From the NCBI RefSeq assembly GCF_000143415.4, contig NW_003314366.1, positions 524,132-588,131 of the forward strand: a stretch of DNA of 64,000 bases, given 5' to 3'. Source of the DNA: Selaginella moellendorffii. Its lineage: Eukaryota; Plantae; Lycopodiophyta. Shown here one piece after another: positions 24,935-38,160 of the stretch. The notes under the pieces are model-generated. The model was not told the DNA's origin. It was given only the letters and a program-made list of their open reading frames with translations, and did not search any database. The translations under genes and the position numbers were made by a program. Position 1 is the first letter of the stretch. Each line of letters begins with the position of its first letter.

Positions 24935-27500
24935 ACTCCACCACCCATAGAAAAAGTTTGATGTTTTCATCGAATGTTAAACCATTTTATAAAGTAACCC
25001 TATCATAGATTATTATTTTCATTCTTAATATTTATCAATAGTTCAACATTGAAAGCTTACCATGCCTTGCCCATCCTCTAAGGAGCATAGTCTTTCCAAC
25101 TTAGAATCTTATTAAATCACTAATGGTAATTCTCTACCATTGTTTATTTAGTTCTTGCTAAACCCATTAGAGACACCTCCGCTATCTCAATATTACTATT
25201 TATTCTGGAGTACTTTTAGCCTCTACCAATATAACTATCATACTCTGGAACTTTAATTTTGACATCTTAAGTCAATTCCCTAAGTGTGTCCAACATCTTG
25301 CTTTATATCAGTTATGCAAATATCACTTTCCCATCCTAGGAAGTTCTTTATTAAAGGATATTATCATCCTCTCTTTTATTTTATGCTACATTTAGCATTA
25401 AGTTCCACTTATCCATAATTCATGTTAGGGTTATCTATGGCCTTATCATTTGGCTATTTTATCGCTCCATCTCTCTTGAAGCTTTCACTTTCGCTAAATT
25501 GGAGCATTTGGGAAATCCAATTTAATTCCTTTCCTACAATCTGTTAATATCCATCATATATGTGTTCTTCGCTTAATTTATCATTTGGATTTCTTTCAAT
25601 AATTTCCACAGCCCATTCTTGGCCACTAATCTTTTGCTCTTATCCTTGGATTATTGCACCAAGCAATATAAGATCACTACCTTCAATCTTGAGGTATCCT
25701 TTCGGTTCCATAATAAAGGATCTGTTTTGCCAAGTTTAAAAGGCATTCATCCCTAGTAAGTCTCTCTAGCATTTTCTACCATGAGTCCTATTTATGGCCC
25801 CATTTTGTGATCTTCCCATGGGTCCTTCCTTTGAGACTACCTTTTTTTTTACTCATATTACTATTGTATTATTATAGCTCATTTCCCCTAGGTGTCTTTC
25901 CCATTTTGTCACTTTGACTAAGTCACATCATTACCAATAGTTTAAATACACACTTTGAATTAGGAATTTTATCTCTTAATCTCACAAGGACCTTATCCTT
26001 GTTTAGCCATAAGATCACCTATTTTGACACTTTAATAGATTTGTTAATAGGTGTTAGGTTTTCTAGACCATTAAGTTGTTGACTATACCCCCACACTTAG
26101 TGGTGCGCCCAAGTTAGCCCTTCCAACCAAAGGTCCATAGCATTGGGTGTCCCCATCTCATTTACCATATCCTTGGTGCCATTTACACCAAGGTGTTAAA
26201 GTTAGATATGCCAAGTTTTCACACTAAACAATCTAATTATGCATCATAATTTCAAAGCATCCCCCACTTGGCGGTGCACCCAAGCCAGCCTCCTTATTAA
26301 GAGTCCATGACCACTAAAAAATGAGTATCTTTACATTCCAAATCATCATCACACCCTAGTAGGTTGGGACTCGAACACAAGCACTAAAGAGTTAGGATTT
26401 GAACCCAACCTCTATATATGCATCTACGAGCGGCATCACCAAGGACACCTAGTGTGACTCCCCACACTGGTGCACCAAATTATACTTAATATGCGTTACG
26501 GATCACAGCTTAGGAACCTAATTCTTCCAAACTGCCAAATCCTCTCACTTGACAAATTTGTAATCATGCATGGATTCCTCCATACTTGGCCTATAGGTCA
26601 CCTCTTTTGAAGTCAACACTTTCAATTAGGGTTTTTGTTCCCCTCGACTTATCAATCTCGCTTAACAAGTCACCCGATTAATGTAACATGGTTTTTTGCA
26701 TAAGTGTGAAAGTCCTTAAACATTAACTTTCGTTTAAAGCCATCTCTTTGAACTTATGGGAACTACCTCCCCAACTTTAATAGCATCATCTCATGGCAAA
26801 CTTTAAAACAATGCTTTTGCTGTGCCACTATGATTTTATGCAATCCCATGAATCATTTACACTTGTTTTTCTAGGTACCTACATACCCAGAATGGTTTTT
26901 GAAAATATTGAAAGGACTCTATCCTTAATTTGTTAGGGCCTCTCGTTTCGCAAGCTTTTTAATTGCCATATGGTCTAACATAGACAATTTCATACTTTAG
27001 ATTCTTTATGCATCATAATTGCCAATAGCAACACTTTTAAGCACCCACTTAATTCTCCACTCCTATCTTGCATAACCACTCTTGGCTATGCTCTTTGATT
27101 CTTATGGTTTGGTTCTATCCCTTTAAGTTCCCTTCGGTTATTTTTCTCCAGGCTAAAATGATAACTTTGCACTTTTTATCATGCTTTAGTAAGTATTCTT
27201 AAGGATGAGCCTACTTGATAGCCTAGGGAGTGGTTCTTGAATCTGGATATGCTCACTTTGTCATCCCACACACCAAGATTAATATTGCTACTTATAGGCC
27301 TCTTTATACTTATTGTTAACCATGCCAAAATCCTTTTGGTTTTATTCACTTTAAATAGTTAGACTTACTCTATCTCTGGCTTTTGTTAATCTTGGATATA
27401 TGATAGCATCTTCTATCCATTTTTCTCTAAAGAATTAATCCCTTAGGCCTTAGTTAATGACCCTATAATATTAAACACCACTACCTGGGTGTTTTAAAGT
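24935..27500 (-). mobile_element. Degenerate internal region of a family-B Ty3 element (PPT, structured 3' region, RT/RNaseH remnants)
   Basis: PPT at 24935; T-loop-like motifs ~26360-26412 homologous to 38700-38755; FLGM-like RT remnant ~26890. Confidence 0.55.
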
Positions 27501-28559
27501 GCTTATATGTTTCAATTGTCACGAATGTGACTTTGGGTATTGAAAGCTACTTGTTGACTGTCATTTTGGATATTCTTTCTTTACTGCCATAACTGCAGGA
27601 GGTCAGTATTGCTGGACCCTTTATTAGTCCCTTTTGTGCTAGTGGAGTTAACTAGGCATTTCGAGTGTACTTAGACCGGACGAGTATAAGGACAAAATTT
27701 CTATGTGCTATTAGTTAAGCATACTTAGCCTGGTAAGGAGTTCCTATCTTATTGTGTCTTACACTAGCTAGTGATAAGAACCTTTGCATATCGAGACTAA
27801 TCCTTCAATATCACTGGATGATAGCTTACTATGTTTGCCAAACACCCTTATTATCATGCTCTTTGTGTTTGTGTTATGGAAAGTGTGTAGATTTACTCAT
27901 TTGGCATATCTACGGAATGTAGAGATTGTCCTGAACACAATAGTGTTCATCCCGTATCCAAATTTGCAATCTAAGGACATTCCATATTTAGTAAGTTTCA
28001 AACTTGTCCAAAAGACTAACTCCTGGTACTAAAAGAGGCTTGGGGTGAAAGCCCAAAGCATGTGGATAGTGGGTAGATCGGGCATGGCTTGTCTAGACCC
28101 TAAATCTGAGGCATCTTGCGTGCCTATCCTTGTTCTGCATCCAGCTTGGGTCTAAGCCTAAGTTCTATTCCATGCTAACTGGTGGAATACCCATATCCTT
28201 GCATTAGGCCACCGATATGCTGAAATAGCACCAGACTCCATTTGGCTTCATTTTGCGTGTTTGTTCTAGCATTAGGATGCTAGATGCTCTAAGAGTATTC
28301 CAAATCGCTCAAAATTCCTGTCCGTTTACTCTTTGGGCTGTATGCTCGAGAGTTGCTCCATGGTCTAGTTCCCTTACTCTTTGGCTCCATGCTTAGGAGT
28401 TTGGCTCTGTACCTTCATACAATGGCCCAAGGCTTTGAAACTTGGGTTCTACACACGTGGCATGTAACACGTGGCATATGGAGGGTTTAGGTTCTGCTTC
28501 GTATGGTAATTCATCATAGGATAAAGGGTAAAAATTACATATGCTACATCAATAATGGA

Positions 28560-30479
28560 CTTCTTTGACAATAAGCATTTTCCTTTATGACATTGATTTA
28601 TTATATTGCAACATAAGTAATTTATCCCCCAAGGGATATATTTAACCTCCTTTTTATCCTAACAAGAAGACTCGAGAAGTTAGCTTTCACCATTCCAACT
28701 ATTTACTCCCAACCTTTGTTTAGTTGTTTCATAGTCATCAAGCCCTACAACTCATTGTTGGTGCTTCTACATCTCCATCAATATTCAGCCACAGCACTTA
28801 AATCATATGCCTTCAAACTTAGGCTATGCCAATCCCATTTTCATTGGGATTTCTTTGTCAAAAGGTTCTCATGAACCAACCAACTTTGACTTCAAGGCAT
28901 CACACCTTGGCACATTTAGTGTCTCCATACTATTAGCTCTATAAGCCTACCCTTATGACACTTCCCACTAGTGTTTAAGTCTTTGTTAAAACAATAGTAG
29001 TCATTTCTTAAGTCAACTATTAGTTAGCATTACAATACAGTGTTCATACGCAACTTCTCGCCAAAGTTGCTATCTTCCGTAAACACCTTTTCACAACTTT
29101 AGTATGGCACTTTTTGCCATCAATGAGATACCCACTATTCTTATACTTGGATATTATGATCCTCTTAGCCCTTCATAAGGTACAACACATCTCTATCCAA
29201 ATGGGATTCCTCCAAGCCTTTGGGACCATCCCTTGACTTTATTGAGTTATCTATTGTTGATTTAACATCTTATAAGGTTTTATCCTCTTGGCTACTTTTG
29301 AGGTGCTGCCACACTTAAATACAACTCATTCATAAGGACCATTTTTGTAAATGTTACTCCAACACTTGATTATCTTTGGTTTTATATGAGCTACTTTTGC
29401 CCTTTAGAACCATGATGAGAACACTGATTCATCCTTTGAGCACACCCCCCAACACCTTGGGTTGTTTTGGCCTTTATTAAAGGTAGCCCTAACTACCATT
29501 TTAAGGGTATATATCATAACCTTCCTTAATCATATTAGCATTTCCTGGCCAAACTAGCTCCACTAAAGTCTTCCCCCTACTATACTTTTGGAGCTCACTA
29601 AACCCCCCAGGGTCTGGGAGATGATCGCTTTGGGCTTTCACCCTCAGACTCGAACTTGGAATTAAACTTAGACTCAGACTCAGACTTGGATTTGGACTCG
29701 GACTTGGACTCGGACTCAGACTCAGTCTCATACTTGGACTCGGACTTGGACTCGGACTCAGACTCGGACTTGGATTTGGACTTGGAGTCGGACTTAGTCT
29801 CGATCTTTGTCTCGATCTTAGTCTTAGTCTTGGTCTTGATCTCGGACCTGGTCTTAGTTCCTATCTTGAACTTGACCTCATGCTCCATCTTGGATTCCAT
29901 CTCGAAATCCTTCTTGGACTCCATCTCAGACTCCTCCTCAGGTTCTATCTTGGACTCCTTCTCGAACTTCATTTCGGGTCCATTTCGGACTCCATCTTGG
30001 ACTCCATCTCGGGTCCATCTTGGACTCCTTCTTAGACTCCATCTTGGGTCCATCTTGGACTCTATCTCTGGTCCAACTTAGACTCCCTCTTGGACTCTAT
30101 CTCGGACTTCATCTCAGGTCCATTTCAAATTCCATCCCAGACTCCATCTCAGGTCCAACTCAGACTCCATCTCAGGTCCAACTCAGACTCCATCTCGAGC
30201 TCCACCTTAGACTCCATCTTGAATTCCTTCTCGGACTCGGTCCTAACACTTTCACGTGTCATGTGTTGGTCCTTTTTTGTTCTATTTCTAGAGGCTTGTT
30301 TATTGATCACTTCATGTTCTTTCCTCGAGCACTTCTTTAGGAGTTCCACTCCCACTCTCAACTTTTCAAGTCAAATCTTTTAATCCAAATGTGTTATGCT
30401 TGTTTGGCTTTTGCTTCGGCCACTACCATATGGCACCCTCTCGGCTCCACTTTGGGGCTTTAAGGATTTATGTTTCACA
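28560..30479 (-). mobile_element. Family-B fragment: degenerate internal region plus 5' part of an LTR with hexamer array
   Basis: 28560-29520 homologous to 42130-42600 plus 50156-50650; LTR start TGTGAAACA (rc) at 30479; array 29640-30240. Confidence 0.65.
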
Positions 30480-32559
30480 ACTTAGCCAAAGGTTTAGGTT
30501 CCCCTCTATGGTTATCCTATGGTAAATCACCATAGGGTAAAGGGTGAAAACCATATTTACTACATTTGGTATTAAAAAATACATCTCAATAAATACTATT
30601 CAATGAGATTGGGCAACTAACTTTATTGTATATGCAAAGATGAAAATGATGATCCAAATGAGTCATAAGATAGATTAAGATGTAATATTTATACGAGTTT
30701 GCACTTAGGCTCGTGAATGAGATGCATTAACAACCTAAGGTTACATCTTGAGTTGGCAAGATTAATGTTAGCCTATCAGTGGTTACCATGAGTTAAACCA
30801 TATACTATGGGTAAAAGTGCACCTCCCTTGGGTTTGCTATAAGTGGTGAATAGGCTGGTCTATAGCTATTTAGCATGGCAATAATGGATCCTTCCTAGGC
30901 ATGATTATGAGTGGATCAATCAAAACTATAGGAATTAGTCTATTGGTTTAAGTAGTCATTGTTGTACTCTCTTATACACTTTTCTTGGATTGGATAAAAA
31001 GGCAATGCAAATGCAAGCTTGAGGTTTGGTCAAACTTGAGTCCAAAAAAAAGTCAATAGGGATAAAGGATCAAATACATAAATCATTTTCTCTTTTTGGA
31101 GAGATGATTTTCAACAAGGTATGATCTCATTATTCATATTCATATCATACAATCAAGAATCCTGTAATGGTTTTACAAGTGGTAAGTTATAGGATGGATA
31201 ATAGTGAAGTGCTAAACCATTTGTGTGAGACACAAAATCCCTAGGCCCCAAGGAGGAGCCGAAAGGGTGCCACGTGGTAGTGGCTGAGGCAAAAGCCAAA
31301 TGAGCGTAACACATTAGCTCTAACTCAAAAAGTTGAGAGTGGGAGTGGAACTTTTAATGAAGTGTTTGAGGAATGAACATGAAGCGAGCAATAAGTGAGT
31401 CTCTAGAAAAGGGACACAAGAGGACCAACACATGACACATGGAAATGTCTAAGATGGAGTCCGAGATGGACCCGAGATGGAGTTCGAGATGGACCCGAGA
31501 TGGAGTCTGAGATGGACCTGAGATGGAGTCCGAGATGGACTCGAGGCGAAGTTTGAGATGGACCTGAGATGGAGTCCGAGATGGACCCGAGATGGAGTTC
31601 AAGATGGACCTGAGATGGAGTTTGAGATGGACTTGAGATGAAGTCCGAGATGGAGTCCGAGAAGGACCCGAGATGGAGTCCGAGATGAACCTAAGATGGA
31701 CCTGAGATGGATGCAGGATAGAGTCCAAGATGGACCCGAGATGGAGTCCGAGATGGATGCAGGATAGAGTCCAAGATGGACCTGAGATGGAGTCCGAGAT
31801 GGACCTGAGATGGAGTCCAAGATGGACCTGAGATGGAGTCCGAGATGGACCGAGACTGAGATCAAGACCGAGTCCGAGTCCAAATATGAGACCGAGATCG
31901 AGTCCGAGAACGAGTCCAAGTCTAAGTTCAAATACTAATACAGGTTGTTGGGTGAAAGCCCAAAGCAATCATCCCCTGGGGAGGGGGGGTGCTGTAGGGC
32001 GTTCCAAAAGTATAGTAGGGAGAGTGTGTGGGGGTTAGACCCCAGTGGAGCCAATTTGGCCAGGAAGGCTTAGTTTGGCCCAGGAAAGCTGTACCCAAGT
32101 GCTGGGTGATGAGATAACCACTAGGAAGTCCAAGGCTAAAGTAAATACAGACAAGTAGGGTATCTTGGTGAAGTGTTCAAGAGCCGGCTCTAGTTCCCCT
32201 AGGAGATCGTATGGTTGATGCTCCCAATCCAAACATGGGTGGCACTACCTACTTGGATACTTGGCGTGGCTCAATAGAACCTTGCTCTAAGCCCACGGCT
32301 AGAGCACCCAAAGGCGGAAGGTGAGGAGAGTACCCATAAGGCTCGCGTAGGGCCACAATTTTCCAAAATATTCCAAAAAATTTCAAAAATCCTGGACTGT
32401 GGAAAGGAAGAGGAATAGTCCTCTGGTGTGGTGACCAAGGATACGATCACACGGTGAGGAAGTCCCAGAGGACAGTGGGACTTGGTGGTCGGGTCTGTGG
32501 GCTTGGATCCAATAGCAATATTGGCGAACATGGCTATGGATAAAAAGGGACTTGGTGGG

Positions 32560-33710
32560 TGTAAGGAACCAACTCGCCGAGGTGTCGTAGGCTAAGGGAA
32601 CCCCGAAAGCATGACCAAAATGACAAAGAGTTCATCGGATGGGACCAAGTCAAAGATCGAGTCCAAGACCGACTCTAGGACCGAGTTCGAGATAGAGTCC
32701 GGAATCGAGTCCAAGACCGACTCGGGGACCGAGTTCGAGTCCGAGTTCAAGACCGAGTTCGAGACGGAGTCCGAGATCCGAAATCGGGTCCGAGACTGAG
32801 TCCGAAGTCGAGTCCGAGGTCGGGCCCGAGATCGGGTCCGAGATCGAGTCCGCGATCGAGTCCGAGACCGAATCCGAAGTCGGATCCGAAATCGGATCCG
32901 AGATCGAGCCAGAGACTAAGTCCAAATACTAATACGGGTCAAGGGGTGAAAGCCCAAAGCGTGCGTCCCCCAGGGGGGGGGGGGGGCTGCAGGGGGTTCC
33001 AAAAGTATAGTAGGGATAGTGAGGTCCAGGAACCAGTTTTGAAGGGACTCTCCAGTTGGGCTTCCAAACCGACTTGAGGTTGGGACTGGGACTAAGGGGC
33101 CTTGGGTGGGAGTGAGCGTGGACTTGGCTGGTGCCGGAGGGGCCATCCAAGGAAGTGCTCAAGAGCAGCTCCCACTCCCGAAAGGGAAACCGATTGCGGT
33201 GCTCCCGGCTCATGTGGAGTGGTGCCCCACTTGAGTACCATGCGGCTCATTGGTCCTCGCCCTTCCTAGGGGCTTGGGCCTTCCTTCGGGATGGAAGTGG
33301 GGGGCGAGAGGTACCCATACCGGGCCGTTAGGCCACGGTGTTTCGCCCCGGCGTCCCGAAGCAAGTGTTGCACTCAAGACTTGGGATTTAGAGGGTCCCA
33401 TGATCAAGTCTTGTGGTACCAAGGGATGTTAGGAACCTGGAAGTTTGGTGTGCTTGGCTGCTTGTGCTTGCGGGGAGTGTAGCCGAACCTTAAGTCCAGT
33501 CTAACCCGGGGAGGGGGATTGGGAGTGATTTGGGAATCCGTGGAAGGATGGCTAACACTCCGTTGCTCGTGCAGTGAGTAGCTGAAACCAAGTAGGAGCT
33601 GGTACCATAGGCGAGAACCTTGGCAAGGGAACTTAGCAAAAGCCAAGGCAGTGTTGGACGGATAGACGAGGTAAGCTGGCAAATTGGAAAGGAAAAATTT
33701 GTGGCTTATA
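32560..33710 (+). repeat. 5' LTR of copy 1
   Basis: TGTAAGG...GGCTTATA (terminal CA changed to TA); about five transitions and a poly-G length difference versus the 3' LTR, by eye. Confidence 0.95.
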
Positions 33711-33736
33711 ATTTGGTATCGGAGCCTTTTCCTCAG
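33671..33736 (+). other. Candidate 66-bp intron spanning the U5 end and the PBS
   Basis: GAG|GTAAGC donor; CCTTTTCCTCAG acceptor; same donor, acceptor and length in copy 2 (48982-49047). Confidence 0.55.
33714..33726 (+). promoter_or_regulatory. Primer-binding site, tRNA-iMet-like
   Basis: TGGTATCGGAGCC 3 nt after the LTR (plant iMet PBS TGGTATCAGAGC with one A>G, G:U compatible). Confidence 0.85.
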
Positions 33737-36700
33737 TTCTAGCGAAGGATAGAGGCGGATTGCTGGGAGATGGCAAGGGCAGGGCGTAAGCGAACCCAGG
33801 CGGAGACGGAACCTCCGCCAGAGCTGGAGCCTCCGGTCGAACAAGAGGCTATGGATGAGGAATCCTTGCATGAGGAGGACTCCAGTGAGGAAACCTCCAA
33901 ACAGGAGTCCGGTGGCGAGGTTCGGTCGTCCAAGGCTCGATTGAACGTGCTAGAAGGACAGTTGGCACAGACCAATGCCCTGCTGGAAACTCTCGTACGC
34001 AAGCTAAAGCGTGACGAGAGGCGGAAGAAAAAGAAAAAGACTGCGGATGCTGGCAGCGCAGAAGGTGCGGATCTTTCGGCCGGGACTGAGGCAAAACCAG
34101 ACAAGGTCGAACAGACCGAAGTGGAATCAGTCCCTCAGGCAGTTCCCAAGTACAAACCAAAGCCCCCACCGGTCTTCAAGGGAGTGAATGACTATAAGGT
34201 GGTGGAGGATTGGTTTTACGATATGGAGGACTACTTCCGAGCGTTGCGGTTACCAAGCTCGGAGAAGGTCCCATGTGCAAAACCATACTTGGCAGATAAT
34301 GCCAAGTCTTGGTGGAGAACAACGGAGGCCAACGAAGGACCGGTGGTCACTTGGGACATGATGAAGGCGAGGATCCGCGCAACATATGTTCCTCCGAATG
34401 CCACTCTGCATCTGAGGGATGAACTGAGTAGGCTGAAACAGACAGGAACCATCCAGGAATATGTGAATGGGTTCATGGCAAAGAGGATACTTGTCACGGA
34501 CATGGGGGATATGGATGCGTTCCATGCCTTCATATCAGGTTTGCAAACCTGGGCTCGCGGCGAGGTGATGAGGTGGAACCCGACCAACTACAAGGAAGCG
34601 TTGGATGCGGCCATCAAGGTGCATTTCAACGATAACCTGCGAAAGGGGAACACGACGGGGTCGGGATCCACATTTAGCAAAGGGGCCAAACCAAGGGGAA
34701 CGTATAGCAAGGGGAAATTCAAAAGGAGTTTCTCTAAGAATGAGTCCTCGGGGTTCCGGAAAGGCAAATCCGGTGGCCAGCGAGCGAGTACGTGGGGGAG
34801 TCAAGCGAAAAAGGACAAACCCACGGATAAGAAGGTCAAGTCGTATAGCAGCGTGGGAAACAACGTATGCTACAACTGCGGCGAAGCGGGACACTTCTCG
34901 AGGGAATGTCCCTACCCGAAGAAGGCCAGAGCCAATATGGCCATCAAGTCGGGTGAAGTCCAAACTGAGGTATGTGATCCAGTCCCTAACTCAAAGTTAC
35001 TCATTACACAAGCAACTTTGGTAGAGAGTCGTTCGCGACATCTACTAGCCCTCCGAGGGAAGCTCGGAGGTAGCTTTGTTAAAATCCTTATTGACACGGG
35101 TGCTTCGGATAATTTTGTGGCTGCAGACATAGTCCGGCAAGCCGGACTAACGGTGTAGCGGCTAGGCGAACCAAGGACTATAGAGTTTGTTCAGGGTAGC
35201 CAAAGCACCGATGAGGTACTTCGACAAGCGAGAGTCGAAGTGGGGACATGGAAAGTGGACATGGATTTCACCGTCTTGGATATGGCGGGATTTGACGTGA
35301 TCTTCGGAATGGATTGGTTTAATCGGTTCGTGGTAGCCCTGCATGGACAAGGTAGGAACCTTGTGGTATTGGCGAATGCCCAAGGAAGAAGATCTAGGGT
35401 GGAGGCCCAGGATCTAAAGGTAGGGCAAAGCAAGGCCAACGAGTCATGCTTGAACCTGGTGTCCACGAGAGGACAACTCACTAAAGGAACTAAGGCAGCC
35501 TTTTTGTGCTTACTCTCGGTGAAGAGTGATAAAAAGACAAGAACGGAAGAAGTGCCTTTAGTGATCCAGCGAGTGTTGGACCAATTCCAGGATACCATGC
35601 CGGAGGAGCTACCGGCGGGGTTGCCCCCCGCACGACCGATAGAACATAAGATTGAGCTTGTCGAGGGCGCTGAGGCGGTGGTTCGTCCCCCCTATCGTTT
35701 GAACGAAAAAGAACTCAAGGAGCTCAAGTGCCAACTAGAGGAGTTGGTGGGCAAAGGGTATGTTAGGTTGAGCAAGTCGCCGTATGGGGCGCCGGTATTA
35801 TTTGTGAAAAAGAAAGATGGATCTATGCGCATGTGCATAGATTACCGGTTGCTCAACAAGTATACCAAGAAGAACAAGTACCCGTTGCCAAGGATTGAGG
35901 ACCTGTTCGATAGGTTGGGAAAGGCAAAATACTTCTCGAGGATTGACCTAAGGTCAGGATACTACCAGATCAGGGTAGCCGAGGAAGATGTCGAGAAGAC
36001 AACCTGTCGAACGAGGTATGGGAGCTTTGAGTTTTTGGTGATGCCCTTTGGGCTGTGCAATGCGCCGGCAACGTTTTCGGCGTTGATGAACCACATCTTT
36101 GTACCCTATCTGGATCACTTTGTGGTCATCTATATTGACGACATCCTGATCTATAGCGAGACGCTAGAGGAGCATGCCGAACACTTGGCGAAGGTGTTTG
36201 AGAAACTAAGGGAACATAAACTGTATGCTAAAGAGAGCAAATGTGACTTTGCTCAGCAAGAGGTAAAGTTTCTCGGGCATGTGGTGGGCCAGGACGAGCT
36301 CAAGGTGGACCCGGAGAAGGTCCAAGCGATCCAGGAATGGGAGCGACCATCAAATGTACATGAGTTGAGGGCGTTCTTGGGGCTATGCAACTACTATCGA
36401 AAGTTTATCAGACACTATTCGAGAGTAGCCCTGCCCTTAACTGATCGAACGGGAAAAGGGAAGATGGTATGGACAGCGGAAAGCGAGGCGGCATTCGTCC
36501 ACCTCAAAGGGAAGTTGAGGAAGGCTCCGGTGTTGGCATTACCGGACTTTGGTAAGGACTTTGAGGTAGACACGGATGCTTCGGACTTTGCGTTAGGCGC
36601 AGTTTTGAAGCAAGACAACCATCCAGTAGCGTTCTTCTCGAAGAAGCTGGACAAGGCTCAACGGAAGTGGCCTGCCCACGAGAAGGAATTGTTTGCGGTG

Positions 36701-37643
36701 GTCAAGGCGCTCAAGGAGTGGCGACACTACCTTGGGAGACACTTCAAGGTTTACACGGACAATGTGGCAACGAAACACTTCTTGTCACAACCCGACCTAA
36801 GAGGGAAACAAGGTCGGTGGGCCAATGCCTTGGCCGAGTTTGATTGCGAGATTCTGTACAAGCCTGGGAAGAGCAACATCGTGGCAGATGCGCTAAGTCG
36901 AAAAGTGAGCTTGAGGTTGGCGATCTCCAGCGCAACAGCAACCTTCTGGGACGATGTGCGGACAGCATATGAGAACGATGGTCTAGCACAAGAAGTGTTG
37001 TTGAGGAATCTGGAGGCACGGGAAGCTCACCAGAGAGGTGAGCCGCCAACGGAAGAGAAAACGGGCTATGCGGAACACAATGGACTCATTTATTACAAGC
37101 AAACGAGGGTGTATGTTCCAGAAGGTGGACTAAGGAAGGTAGCCTTAGAAGAGTGTCATGACGGACCTCTTGCGGGACACGGCGGAGTGCCCAAGACGAT
37201 GGGCTTACTCAAGAGGAAGTACCATTGGCCAGATATGGCTAAGGACGTCCAAGACTATGTAAAGATATGTCCAACATGTCAGCAGGTCAAAGCCGTGACT
37301 AAGGCTAGTGGGGGCTTGTTGCAAAGCATCCCAATTCCAGATCGTCCGTGGAAATGTCTCACGATGGACTTCATCACGGGACTACCCCCAAGCGAGGGGT
37401 TCGATGCGATATTCGTGGTGGTGGATCGATTTTCGAAGATGGCACATTTCATACCCACCACAACGGAGGTGGATGCGGAAGGTGTGGCGAAACTGTTCTT
37501 CGAACAAGTGGTTTGAGTGCGGGGAAGGCCAGAGGAGATTATCTCAGATCGAGATAAGATCTTCACTAGTAGGTTCTGGAGGACCCTCCTGGAACAGTAT
37601 CGCACCAAGTTGAAATTCAGCACAGCCTATCACCCACAGACAG

Positions 37644-37690
37644 GTATGGGGTATTAAGTCAAGTTTGGTGGTCCTAACACTTCTTGACAG
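37644..37690 (+). other. 47-bp GT-AG intron in the integrase core
   Basis: Removal restores YHPQT-DGQTERVN; CTAAC branch motif; in-frame TAA if retained. Confidence 0.88.
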
Positions 37691-38108
37691 ACGGACAAAC
37701 GGAAAGGGTGAATAGGCAGCTGGAGGATTATTTGCGATGCTATGTCTCGGGAGACCAGACCGATTGGGTAAGTCATTTGGGACTTGCGGAAATGTGTTAT
37801 AACAACTCACCACATTCGAGTATCGGGGTGAGTCCATGGGAAGTCATCAATGGGCGAGCTATTGAAGGTCCTGTGGAACTCGGCGTGGCCGAGTATCATG
37901 GAGAGTTACCCGCAGTGGAGGCATTCACGGCGGAAAGACTCAACATTTGGAATCTAGTGAGGGATTCCTTGGAACGGGCTCAACAAAGGCAAACCAAGTA
38001 CGCGAACCTAAAGCGCCGGGACGTAGAGTTCCAAGCTGGGGAGAAGGTGTGGCTGAACACCAAGAACCTTAGGCTACCAAGTGGGATCAGCCGAAAGTTG
38101 ACCCAAAG

Positions 38109-38160
38109 GTAAAAATGCATGTAATCCTGTAAATGAATTGATCTTGAGTTCCTTAAGCAG
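38109..38160 (+). other. 52-bp GT-AG intron before the integrase GPY/F motif
   Basis: Removal restores KLTQR-FAGPYEI; AG|GTAAAA...TTAAGCAG|G. Confidence 0.88.

Noticed and set aside
24070-32925. Ser/Asp/Glu/Arg-rich ORFs in LTR arrays (also 38998-39312, 43400-43721, 49783-50104)
   Set aside because: By-products of 6-bp periodic repeats that are open in several frames on both strands
35156-35158. Programmed stop-codon readthrough between gag and pol
   Set aside because: The TAG lies inside the protease and is CAG in copy 2; copy 2's own TAG (47128) is CAG in copy 1, so both are mutations
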